From positions 209,289-273,288 of the forward strand of contig CAWGNP010000003.1 in assembly GCA_963823975.1 (NCBI GenBank): DNA of 64,000 bases. The letters are read 5' to 3'. Positions 1 through 9,087 of the stretch are shown here, piece by piece. The translations under genes were made by a program, and so were the position numbers. Under the pieces are notes generated by a model, which saw only the letters and a program-made list of their open reading frames with translations, was not told where the DNA came from and did no database searches. The DNA comes from an uncultured Chitinophagaceae bacterium. Lineage in GTDB: Bacteria > Bacteroidota > Bacteroidia > Chitinophagales > Chitinophagaceae. Numbering within the stretch: position 1 is the first letter of the stretch; the number at the start of each line of letters is the position of its first letter.

Positions 1-333
1 GTTTCTTCAAAAGGATACAAATCAACTATAACAAGATCAATTTCAGGAATGTGGATATTGCTTCATTTCCTGCAAATCGTTTTCATTATCCCTTCTTCCC
101 AAAATGCCACCAAACACTGATGGATGCAAGGTTTTAACTCGTCCACCCAAGATAGAAGGATAGCCAGTTAACGACTCGACAGCAATACAAGGAACACCTG
201 CATCTTCAATAAATTTTTGTGTGCCCCCGGTTGTGTAAATCGTTATATTTTTTTCCTTTAGTATATTAATAATTTTTTCGAGACCATCTTTATAAAAAAC
301 AGAGATGAGTGCAGATTGTATTTTTTTTTGCAT
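1..333 (-). CDS. purH: Bifunctional AICAR transformylase/IMP cyclohydrolase PurH, 5' part (runs off window; apparent frameshift near 50)
   Basis: ALISVFYKDG...TTGGT...TGYPSILGGRVKTLHP; after a one-base shift it continues IPEIDLVIVDLYPFEE. Confidence 0.95.
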
Positions 334-356
334 AAATAAGCAGGAGAAAATTGTCT

Positions 357-2453
357 TTATAAATCTATTACGAACGCTCCCTGTTCAGGAACAGAATAAA
401 AGTGCAAATGTAAATCTTCACAATCTTTTTTCCATTTTTCAATTTTCCACGAAGGGTTGGATGCATCAAAAATGTAAAGATTGCAATCGAACACTTTTGC
501 CAGCGTTGGAATATAAAGCCTTGGGTTTTTGGAGATAACAATGTAATCAACTTTTATTCTATCAGATAAGGGTGTATAATTTATAACCGAATCCATCATA
601 ACAATCCTTTTATCACAAAATTGAAAAAAGTTATTCCTTTGATATAAAGAAAAGTCTCCAGATTTATCTTCTTTAAGATTATAAAAGATGAGTGATGGAT
701 TTATGTTAAACTGTTTTAATAAACCGTTCGTGATAAGTTCACTATCGCCAACAATGTGGCAGCTATTCCCATTGATGAAACTTATGGCTTTGTGAGAATA
801 AACATTATAAACAATCATCTTTTTCTGTTGGCAAAATGACCATTTATTCAGAGCCATGATCAGCGCAAATACAAGCGTGCAAACAACTCCAAGCCTTAAT
901 GCCAACAAATTCTTTTTAAGAAGCCAATATAAAAAAACTATAAAAATTACATACAGTAAAAACGTTTGTGCCACTGAAAGTGAGAAACCATTCCATACGG
1001 AAAAAGGAATATCGTTTATAAAAAGCACTGAATGATTTAGCGTGTAAATTGTTACAGTAAGAACTTTGCCGACAAATACTGCAATTCCTTTTATAAAAGA
1101 AACAATGATAAGGAACAAGCAACCATACAAAGCAAAAATTGCAAGCGGCACAGCTATAATATTTGAAATAATAAACAGCAACGGCATTTGGTGAAAATAA
1201 TAGAGAATTGCAGGCAGCGTAAGTACTTGCACTGATAATGAAAGAGCTATTATCTCCCATACTTTTCTCAAAACCCAGGGTTTCACATTCATCCAATAAT
1301 AAATATGCTTATAACAAATCGCTATACTTGTAACTGCAAGATAGGATAGCTGGAAACCCGCGTCCCACAAGGAATATGGGTTAATACACAATAATACAAA
1401 TGCAGAAACGGCCAGTGAATTATACACCGACGTTTTTCTGTTTAATATTTTACTGATAGCAATAAAGCTAAACATAACTGCTGCCCGCAATACAGGCGAG
1501 GCAGCACCTGTGAGCAGCGTAAAAAACCAAATGCATATTAAAATGATGGCAAACCGTAATGCAGTTGATTTTTTTATGAAGGAAATTTTTCCAGTAATCC
1601 AAAAAAGAAGTGCATAAATTAATCCGAGATGAAGGCCTGCAATTACAATAATGTGTATCACGCCTGCATTGCTGTAAGCCTGCACAAGATCTTTATCAAG
1701 ATCAACTCTGTCGCCTACAATTAGCGCTTTTGCAACAGATGATTCATCATTTCCGGTGATATAAGTATCTATTACGTGAATGATGTAAGCACGGGTAGTA
1801 AAAATGATTTTATCATAAAAATTATTTTCCCTTTCTTTTAATAAAATCCAGTCTTTGCTTTGCAAATAACATTGATAGAATATCTGCTGTCTTGCACAAT
1901 AACCTTTAAAATCAAAGGCAGCAGGGTTACCAGAATTTTTTATTTCCTGCAATTTCTTTTTAATGATAATCTTTGAGCCATAGGTTATCGATGAAGCAAC
2001 TGAATCTTTAGAAATATATAATAGCAATTTTCCTACAGCGTTATACACTGAGTCTTTTTTTATAACAGTATGAGCCTGTGCAATCGCTTTGCACGATTTA
2101 TTTTTTTCTATCAAAGGTTCTTTAATAGTCACCACGAGATAAGAACTGCTATCAGCATAGTTTCCATACCAGTCAGCATGATTGCTTAGATTTTTATTCC
2201 ATAACAAAAACATACCTAGACTAAGCAACAAAAAAGTGAGAATAATGCCGGCTATAGTTCTGAATTTAAACTTGTAAGCAAGCGGCAAAAAATGGAATAA
2301 TAAAAAGATTGATAAAGCAATTAAGGCGGCAAAAATTATGTTATCTATAGAAAGTTTAGCGTAATATTCTATAAGTATGCCTGTTATTACAGGAATCAAC
2401 AAACGAAGAAACGAGGCTTTCTTCCATATAAATATTCTATATGATTTTGCCAT
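357..2453 (-). CDS. comEC: ComEC/Rec2 competence membrane protein
   Basis: 698 aa; N-terminal TMs, NSGNPAAFDFKGY, competence domain GVIHIIVIAGLH, GAASPVLRA, GFQLSY. Confidence 0.92.
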   Translation of the reverse strand: MAKSYRIFIWKKASFLRLLIPVITGILIEYYAKLSIDNIIFAALIALSIFLLFHFLPLAYKFKFRTIAGIILTFLLLSLGMFLLWNKNLSNHADWYGNYADSSSYLVVTIKEPLIEKNKSCKAIAQAHTVIKKDSVYNAVGKLLLYISKDSVASSITYGSKIIIKKKLQEIKNSGNPAAFDFKGYCARQQIFYQCYLQSKDWILLKERENNFYDKIIFTTRAYIIHVIDTYITGNDESSVAKALIVGDRVDLDKDLVQAYSNAGVIHIIVIAGLHLGLIYALLFWITGKISFIKKSTALRFAIILICIWFFTLLTGAASPVLRAAVMFSFIAISKILNRKTSVYNSLAVSAFVLLCINPYSLWDAGFQLSYLAVTSIAICYKHIYYWMNVKPWVLRKVWEIIALSLSVQVLTLPAILYYFHQMPLLFIISNIIAVPLAIFALYGCLFLIIVSFIKGIAVFVGKVLTVTIYTLNHSVLFINDIPFSVWNGFSLSVAQTFLLYVIFIVFLYWLLKKNLLALRLGVVCTLVFALIMALNKWSFCQQKKMIVYNVYSHKAISFINGNSCHIVGDSELITNGLLKQFNINPSLIFYNLKEDKSGDFSLYQRNNFFQFCDKRIVMMDSVINYTPLSDRIKVDYIVISKNPRLYIPTLAKVFDCNLYIFDASNPSWKIEKWKKDCEDLHLHFYSVPEQGAFVIDL

Positions 2454-2512
2454 TGTTCTTTGCAGAAGTGTAAACGAAAATCAATTACTCAACAAATAAA
2501 ATAAGCTGAAAT

Positions 2513-2534
2513 AAAAATGCTGCATTAAGCAGCA
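2513..2534 (-). terminator. Intrinsic terminator between cyclase gene and comEC
   Basis: TGCTGC-N5-GCAGCA stem followed by TTTTT on the minus strand. Confidence 0.6.
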
Positions 2535-2560
2535 CTAAAATATTTCTTTATATCGTTCTT

Positions 2561-3601
2561 CTAATCGAGCACTTCATAAACCATTACAGGTTTTGATTTA
2601 TTTTTCATTTTTACTTCTTCAACGGCCTTGCAATTGAACGATTCTTTTACTTTACTATACGCTTCCTGCGAAATCAAAATCTGGCCTGCTTTCGCTTTAT
2701 CCTGCAGACGCTGAGCAGTATTTACAACATCTCCTATTACGGTATAGTCTAGCCTGCGAAGCTTTGCTGATCCTATATTACCACAGATCATCTCTCCACT
2801 ACCAATACCAGTAGAAACCTTTGCGATGTAAGAAGTATTACCCAAGTTTCCCAGATCCTCAATGTGTTTTCTAACGGCAAGACTCGCATCGATAGCTCTG
2901 TCAAGATGATACTGACCTTTAAAAACCGCAAGGATCGCATCACCAATAAATTTATCTACATAACCATCCTGTGCAATAATTTCTTTGACCATTATATCAA
3001 AATACTCATTCAATAACTTTACGACTGTATCGGCAGGCTCGCTTTCTGAAATCGCTGTGAATCCACATACATCAATAAAAGCAACGGTAGCTTCCATAGT
3101 TTCATTCGCCATTAGCTGGGTTTCAAATTCGCGCCCATTCATAAAGTTCAGCACCGTTTTATCAACATACATTTTAAGTATGTTATTTTCTTTTATTGCA
3201 TCGAGGCTTTTATGCAGTTGCTTTACATACTCAAGTGTTTTTTGAATAGTAATTCCAAGATCTTGGAAATTGACAGGTTTGCATACAAAGTCAAACGCAC
3301 CGCGGTTCATAGCAGTTCTTATATTATCCATATCGCCATAAGCTGAAACTATTACAGCCTTTGTAAGAAGGTTCGATTCGCTGATTTTTGAAAGCAATGT
3401 AAGGCCATCCATTTCAGGCATATTTATATCGCTCAACAAAACATCTATGTCAGGAAATTTGTGAAGCTTATCCAATGCTTCATTACCATTGGCTGCAAAA
3501 ATGAATTCATATTTATTCTCGCGTATTTCCTTCCTGAATTTTTGTTTGATAAGAACTTCTAAATCTGCCTCGTCATCAGCAACTAAAATTTTTGCCATCA
3601 C
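2561..3601 (-). CDS. Response regulator receiver fused to class III adenylate cyclase
   Basis: Receiver (ILVADDE, SDINMPEMDG, KP); cyclase motifs FIDVCGFT, DKFIGDAIL, DYTVIGDVVNTAQRLQ. Confidence 0.93.
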   Translation of the reverse strand: MMAKILVADDEADLEVLIKQKFRKEIRENKYEFIFAANGNEALDKLHKFPDIDVLLSDINMPEMDGLTLLSKISESNLLTKAVIVSAYGDMDNIRTAMNRGAFDFVCKPVNFQDLGITIQKTLEYVKQLHKSLDAIKENNILKMYVDKTVLNFMNGREFETQLMANETMEATVAFIDVCGFTAISESEPADTVVKLLNEYFDIMVKEIIAQDGYVDKFIGDAILAVFKGQYHLDRAIDASLAVRKHIEDLGNLGNTSYIAKVSTGIGSGEMICGNIGSAKLRRLDYTVIGDVVNTAQRLQDKAKAGQILISQEAYSKVKESFNCKAVEEVKMKNKSKPVMVYEVLD

Positions 3602-3984
3602 TGTTTATTTAAATGAAGTTTTTCTTTTAATACATTAAAATCAAGCGGCTTGGTTAAAAAATCATCTGCGCCAAGCTTCATTGCCTGTTCATAATTTTCG
3701 CTGTCACCATAAGCAGTTATCATCATTACTACAGGAGGCGGCTGAGAAAACCGGTGTTTTATTTCGTCCAACAACTGCAGCCCACTCATTCCAGGCATAT
3801 TAATGTCTGAAAGTATCAGCACGGTTTCATGCATTTTTTTATTTAAATATTCCAGCGCTTCTTCACCTGAAGTGGCAAATGCCAGTTCCACTTCATGATT
3901 TTTTAATTCCCTCCTGAAGCGCTGAGTAAACAACGTTTCCATATCTTTTTCATCATCTACCACTAAAATTTTCATTGTGTTCAC
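3598..3984 (-). CDS. Single-domain response regulator (CheY-like)
   Basis: ILVVDDE, ILSDINMPGMSG, MITAYG, FLTKP; stop overlaps cyclase start. Confidence 0.93.
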   Translation of the reverse strand: MNTMKILVVDDEKDMETLFTQRFRRELKNHEVELAFATSGEEALEYLNKKMHETVLILSDINMPGMSGLQLLDEIKHRFSQPPPVVMMITAYGDSENYEQAMKLGADDFLTKPLDFNVLKEKLHLNKQ

Positions 3985-4013
3985 TTGAATATATTTTTAA
4001 AATAAATAAAAAA

Positions 4014-5357
4014 TTAAGTTGGCAAATGAATAGTAAACACTGCGAATTTACCTTCTTCTGTTTCAATTTTTATTTCACCTCCATGACCTTTGGTAACAAT
4101 ATCGTAGCTTAAAGATAAACCAAGCCCGGTTCCTGCGCCAGTAGGTTTTGTGGTAAAAAAAGGTTGAAATATTTTATGTATCACCTTTTGCGGCACGCCC
4201 ATTCCATTATCTTTTACTTTTATTTCAACAGCATTTTTAATTTTTTTGGTACTCACCCAAACTGTCGGGTGATAATCATCAACATTCAATTTTTGCTTTT
4301 CAGAAACCGAATAAAATGCATTGGTAAAAAGATTTAATATTACCCGGCCAATATCCTGCGGCACTATATTAATCTTGCCAATGGTTTCATCAAAATCAGA
4401 TTCCAGCGTGGCATTGAATGATTTATCTTTTGCCCTTAGCCCATGGTATCCAAGCCTCAGGTATTCATCCGTTAAAGCATTAATATCGGTAGGTTCCTTT
4501 TCGCCACTGCTATTACGCGAATGTTGCAACATCCCTTTTACAATAGCATCTGCACGCTTACCATGAAAAATAATTTTCTTTTCATTTTCTTTTATATCAT
4601 TTGCAATAGCCTTGATTTCATCTATATTGCCTTTCTCCATCTCTTGATACATATCATCAATGAGCTCAGCATTTACCTCAGAAAAATTATTTACAAAATT
4701 TAAAGGATTTTGTATTTCATGGGCAATACCGGCAGTAAGCTCTCCGAGTGAAGCCATTTTTTCTGATTGTATCAATTGGGTTTGGGTATTTTTTAGCTCT
4801 GCAAGCGCAAGCTCAATTTGCTCTTTCTGGCGACGCAGCTCCGAAGTTCTTTCTTCCACGATTTTCTCAAGTTCTTCCTTTCTTGCAGCCATTAATTTTT
4901 TTTGTTCTTCTTCCTGCTTTGTCTTCAAATGCTCTTTCTGCAATGCCTTTTGCTGCTTGCGCGATGTATAAATCATCGTTATCATCCAAATAATAGAAAA
5001 TACAGTGAGGGCATCTATATAATCATCTAATGAGTTATACAGCTTTGCATTTATAAGTTTAAAAATATCTGCAAAAAGAGAAATAATCGCAAACGGAAGA
5101 ACCGCATACATTAGCGTTTTAAAGATTGCAAATTCTTTTTTTATAAAAGGAAAGGCTATTATGGTAAACATAACTGCATGCCAAAACCATTTAGTGATGC
5201 CATGTGATCTTACAACAACATCCACAATAAAAAATCCAATAATGATAAATTGAAAAAGCTTAAGCCTGCCATTCCACATATTTAAAGGATTCAATTTGTG
5301 CAAGGCCTTCCGAACTTCAATTAAAATGAAAAAAATTATAAATGGCTCAGCAAGCAT
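4014..5357 (-). CDS. Membrane sensor histidine kinase (about 4 TM, coiled coil, HisKA, HATPase)
   Basis: QSEKMASLGELTAGIAHEIQNPLNFV H-box; NLFTNA, DNGMG, FFTTKPTGAGTGLGL. Confidence 0.95.
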   Translation of the reverse strand: MLAEPFIIFFILIEVRKALHKLNPLNMWNGRLKLFQFIIIGFFIVDVVVRSHGITKWFWHAVMFTIIAFPFIKKEFAIFKTLMYAVLPFAIISLFADIFKLINAKLYNSLDDYIDALTVFSIIWMITMIYTSRKQQKALQKEHLKTKQEEEQKKLMAARKEELEKIVEERTSELRRQKEQIELALAELKNTQTQLIQSEKMASLGELTAGIAHEIQNPLNFVNNFSEVNAELIDDMYQEMEKGNIDEIKAIANDIKENEKKIIFHGKRADAIVKGMLQHSRNSSGEKEPTDINALTDEYLRLGYHGLRAKDKSFNATLESDFDETIGKINIVPQDIGRVILNLFTNAFYSVSEKQKLNVDDYHPTVWVSTKKIKNAVEIKVKDNGMGVPQKVIHKIFQPFFTTKPTGAGTGLGLSLSYDIVTKGHGGEIKIETEEGKFAVFTIHLPT

Positions 5358-5571
5358 GGTTGTTTACTAATTTTCGTTTGTCATATAACAGTTACTGTAT
5401 AAATGTTTCTTTCGAGCTAAATCGTTTTAAAGATAAGAAGTTTAAAAGCCATTTTCTTGTTTTGTCCTTAACAATATTTATGTGAGGTATTAACATTTTA
5501 TTGTTATACTTCTATAATAAAAAGCTATCTATTAAATAGAACGCTTTTTTAAAACAAGAAAAATTACAATT

Positions 5572-5913
5572 ATGAAAAAGATTATTACACTTTTATTTTC
5601 TTTGGGCATAGTAGCAGTGTCCTTTGCCCAATATGATGGCAGTTATGGTTACAGAACTGATAACGATGCTTACAACCGAGGCGATCATTATTATAAGGAA
5701 ACCTTTGACCCCGCACGAAGCAGGGATTTTCAAATTCAAAAAATCGATGAAGAATTTCAAAATCGCATTAATGCTATAATCAATGATCCTTACATGAGGC
5801 ATTTTGAAAAAAGAGATGCGATAAGAAATGCCAGAATAGAAAGAGACCGTCAAATAGAATTTGTAAATGATAGGTTTCGCAATCACTGGTATAACAGGCC
5901 TGGAAACTGGTAA
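5572..5913 (+). CDS. Small secreted hypothetical protein
   Basis: Signal peptide MKKIITLLFSLGIVAVSFA-Q; charged helical mature region; followed by terminator. Confidence 0.75.
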   Translation: MKKIITLLFSLGIVAVSFAQYDGSYGYRTDNDAYNRGDHYYKETFDPARSRDFQIQKIDEEFQNRINAIINDPYMRHFEKRDAIRNARIERDRQIEFVNDRFRNHWYNRPGNW

Positions 5914-5939
5914 CGTTATCCAAAATTAAAATGGAACCG

Positions 5940-5963
5940 AGCCCCGCCACTGCGGGGCTTTTT
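5940..5963 (+). terminator. Intrinsic terminator
   Basis: AGCCCCGC-CACT-GCGGGGCT-TTTT. Confidence 0.85.
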
Positions 5964-6122
5964 GCAACTTTATATCCATACCTTTGTTGAACGGTAAATA
6001 CTTAATTATTAAACTGCTTACTGGCATATATAATTCTAACATTTGCTGCTCTATAACATCTTTGCCTGTAATTATTCGCAACAGACAGTTTGGTTCTAAT
6101 TTTGAATGGTAACAAAACAACT

Positions 6123-6911
6123 ATGTATTTTAAAAGAACGAGGGAAAATTTAATCTCAAAAAAAACAGATGCTTTTTTTATCGACCTCACGAAGGCAGTT
6201 CAATTCATATTGCGCTTTTTTAAAGAAATGGTAAGACCCCCTTATGAAATAAAAGAAGTAATAAGGCAGTGCTACCAGGTAGGTTATAAATCATTATTTT
6301 TAATAACGCTTACGGGGTTTATAACCGGCCTTGTTTTTACCAAGCAATCGCGGCCATCACTCGCGGAATTTGGCGCTGCATCCTGGCTTCCATCGTTGGT
6401 AGCTATTGCCATCATCCGTGCCCTTGCACCTTTGGTTACAGCACTAATTGCGGCCGGAAAGGTAGGCTCAAATATAGGTGCAGAATTAGGCTCCATGAAA
6501 GTAACCGAGCAGATAGACGCTATGGAAGTATCCGCGGTAAATCCTTTTAAATTTTTAGTAGTCAGCCGTGTACTAGCTACCACGCTTATGCTTCCTATGC
6601 TCATGTGCTATACAGGCTGTGTGGCTATGCTGGGTGCCTTTTTAAATGTACATCAAAATGAGATGACAAGTTTTGTTTCTTTTTTTCAGGCAGCGTTTGA
6701 TAAAATTTCGTTTCTTGACATTTTTGCCTCATTAATAAAAAGTGTTGTATATGGATTTACTATCGGCATGGTGTCTTGCTATAAAGGCTTTCACGCATCC
6801 AATGGAACAGAAGGCGTAGGAAAAGCTGCCAATGCTTCGGTTGTGCTTTCTATGTTTCTCATTTTTATTGAAGAAATTCTTATTGTGCAAATAACCAACA
6901 GCGTGCGATAA
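6123..6911 (+). CDS. mlaE: MlaE-family ABC transporter permease
   Basis: AGKVGSNIGAELGSMKVTEQIDAMEVSAVNP; GTEGVGKAANASVV; ATG at 6123 preferred. Confidence 0.93.
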   Translation: MYFKRTRENLISKKTDAFFIDLTKAVQFILRFFKEMVRPPYEIKEVIRQCYQVGYKSLFLITLTGFITGLVFTKQSRPSLAEFGAASWLPSLVAIAIIRALAPLVTALIAAGKVGSNIGAELGSMKVTEQIDAMEVSAVNPFKFLVVSRVLATTLMLPMLMCYTGCVAMLGAFLNVHQNEMTSFVSFFQAAFDKISFLDIFASLIKSVVYGFTIGMVSCYKGFHASNGTEGVGKAANASVVLSMFLIFIEEILIVQITNSVR

Positions 6912-7688
6912 ATGGATACTGGATACAATGATATTAATAGAGATATGGTGATTTCAATTCGAAATCTTTATAAATCATTTGGTGGAAACCATGTGCTGCG
7001 AGGCATTGATCTTGATGTGGCTAGTAAAGAAAATGTAGTAGTACTGGGAAGATCAGGAACCGGTAAATCTGTATTGATAAAAATTATTTGCGGACTACTG
7101 ACGCCCGATAGCGGGATAGTAAACGTGCTGGGTAAAGAAGTAGATAAATTAAAAGACAAAGCACTGCAGGAACTTCGCCTGCAGGTAGGGTTCTCCTTTC
7201 AAAGTAGTGCATTATATGACAGCATGAGTGTAAGAGAAAATCTTGCTTTTCCTCTGGTAAGAAATGCAAAGCATTTATCCAAAAATGAAATACAAAATGA
7301 AATAGAATCGGTGCTGCACGATGTAGGCTTATCACAAACAATTGATCAGATGCCTTCAGAATTATCAGGCGGACAAAGGAAAAGGATTGGCATTGCGCGC
7401 ACGCTTATTTTACATCCACAGATCATGTTGTATGATGAGCCTACATCGGGGTTGGATCCAATAACAAGCATAGAAATCAATAACCTGATAAACCTTGTGA
7501 GACATAAATTCAATACAACCTCTATCATTATAACGCATGATTTGACATGTGCAAAAACCACCGGAGACAGAGTTGCAATGATGTTTGATGGCAAGTTTAT
7601 TAAAACAGGAACGTTTGACGAAGTGTTTTCATCAGATGATGAAAGAATACAAAATTTTTATAATTACAATTTTATAGAGGAAAAGTAA
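6912..7688 (+). CDS. mlaF: MlaF-family ABC transporter ATP-binding protein
   Basis: GRSGTGKS, FQSSALYDSM, LSGGQRKR, LYDEPTSGLDP, ITHD. Confidence 0.92.
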   Translation: MDTGYNDINRDMVISIRNLYKSFGGNHVLRGIDLDVASKENVVVLGRSGTGKSVLIKIICGLLTPDSGIVNVLGKEVDKLKDKALQELRLQVGFSFQSSALYDSMSVRENLAFPLVRNAKHLSKNEIQNEIESVLHDVGLSQTIDQMPSELSGGQRKRIGIARTLILHPQIMLYDEPTSGLDPITSIEINNLINLVRHKFNTTSIIITHDLTCAKTTGDRVAMMFDGKFIKTGTFDEVFSSDDERIQNFYNYNFIEEK

Positions 7689-7737
7689 AGCTTTAGTTTC
7701 TATTAGATAAATCGAAATTTAAATTTAAAATAAAGAA

Positions 7738-8751
7738 ATGAAATCTAACATAAGAGCCGTAATAGTGGGCATATTTGTTTTGATAGGGATAGCTATTTTT
7801 ATAGTTACGATACTTACGCTTGGCTCACAGCGTAAAACTTTTGACAAGTTTATAACTATCAAATCTTTTTTTGATAATGTAAACGGTTTGCAAAAGGGAA
7901 ATAACGTTTGGTTTTCCGGTGTAAAGGTTGGCATTATAAAAAATGTAGCACTTCAAAGTTCAGGAAAAGTAGAAGTGGACATAAATATTGAAGACCAGTC
8001 AGTAGCATATATTCCAAGAGATGTAAGAGCTAAGCTTAGTACTGATGGATTAATAGGTAATAAAATAATCGAAATTTATGGCGGAACGGCAGGCGGAGCA
8101 AGGATTACAAGCGGAGACATTGTTGCCAATGATCAGCTCCTGAACACTGATCAATTAATGAAGACCCTTTCTAAAAACAATGATAATCTTTATGCAATTA
8201 CCACCGATTTTAAAACTATAACTGATCATATGGTGGAGGGCCAGGGATTTGTAGGAAAACTTTTAAATGATGAAAAAATAATTGATGAGCTTAATACAAC
8301 CATGAGTGTGCTACGCAGGTCGTCTGAAAATTTGCAACGTCTTTCCAGCAATGCTGCAGCTTACACGGCAAGGCTTAACGATAAAGGGTCTCTGGCAAAT
8401 GATCTTGTTACAGATACCGTTGTGTTTAGCAGCCTTCGCTCTACACTTGCAAGACTGCAAACAATTGCTGATTCATCACAGCAAATTATTGCCAATTTCA
8501 AAAATACGGGTGATATAATTAATGCTGGCTTAAATAATAAAACCAGCCCCGCAGGCATGTTGCTAAGTGATGAACAATCTGCGAAATCAATAAAAATTAC
8601 TTTGCAAAACATGCAATCATCCAGCAAAAAGCTTGATGAGGACCTGGAAGCCCTGCAACATAATTTTTTATTAAAACATTTTTTTAAAAAGAAAGCAAAA
8701 GAAGAAAAAGAAGGTACTAAAGTAGTATTAGATACTGTAGTTGTCAGGTAA
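7738..8751 (+). CDS. mlaD: MlaD/MCE-family protein with long helical C-terminus
   Basis: N-terminal TM, NVNGLQKGNNVWFSGVKVG, TDGLIGNKIIEI. Confidence 0.9.
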   Translation: MKSNIRAVIVGIFVLIGIAIFIVTILTLGSQRKTFDKFITIKSFFDNVNGLQKGNNVWFSGVKVGIIKNVALQSSGKVEVDINIEDQSVAYIPRDVRAKLSTDGLIGNKIIEIYGGTAGGARITSGDIVANDQLLNTDQLMKTLSKNNDNLYAITTDFKTITDHMVEGQGFVGKLLNDEKIIDELNTTMSVLRRSSENLQRLSSNAAAYTARLNDKGSLANDLVTDTVVFSSLRSTLARLQTIADSSQQIIANFKNTGDIINAGLNNKTSPAGMLLSDEQSAKSIKITLQNMQSSSKKLDEDLEALQHNFLLKHFFKKKAKEEKEGTKVVLDTVVVR

Positions 8752-8974
8752 CAGGCTTTTTGGGCGGAAGGTTAAATGCGATCGCTTCATGCTCAAAATG
8801 ACCTTTATGAGAGCCATCGCAGAAAGGCTTGGTTTGAGAAAGGCCGCAACGACAAATGGAAACAATTTCCCTTCCTTGCAATCCATATACATTACCGTTT
8901 CGATCAACTATTTCAAATTCACCTTCTATTTTTAGAGAACCATTGTTATTGACTGTAATTTTTGTTGCCGCCAT
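8744..8974 (-). CDS. CDGSH iron-sulfur domain protein
   Basis: CRCGLSQTKPFCDGSH motif. Confidence 0.92.
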   Translation of the reverse strand: MAATKITVNNNGSLKIEGEFEIVDRNGNVYGLQGREIVSICRCGLSQTKPFCDGSHKGHFEHEAIAFNLPPKKPVT

Positions 8975-9087
8975 TTCGCTTACGATTTTTCATCAAAAGT
9001 AATAAAATAAAAATCTATATTTTTTAGGTAAGTACCATAACTGGTATTAAAAATGTAACTTAAAATCAATTTTCATAATATAAATTT

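Noticed and set aside
357-5357. cAMP cassette co-transcribed with comEC, implying cAMP-controlled competence
   Set aside because: A terminator-like hairpin with U-tract at 2513-2534 separates them; only adjacency supports the link.
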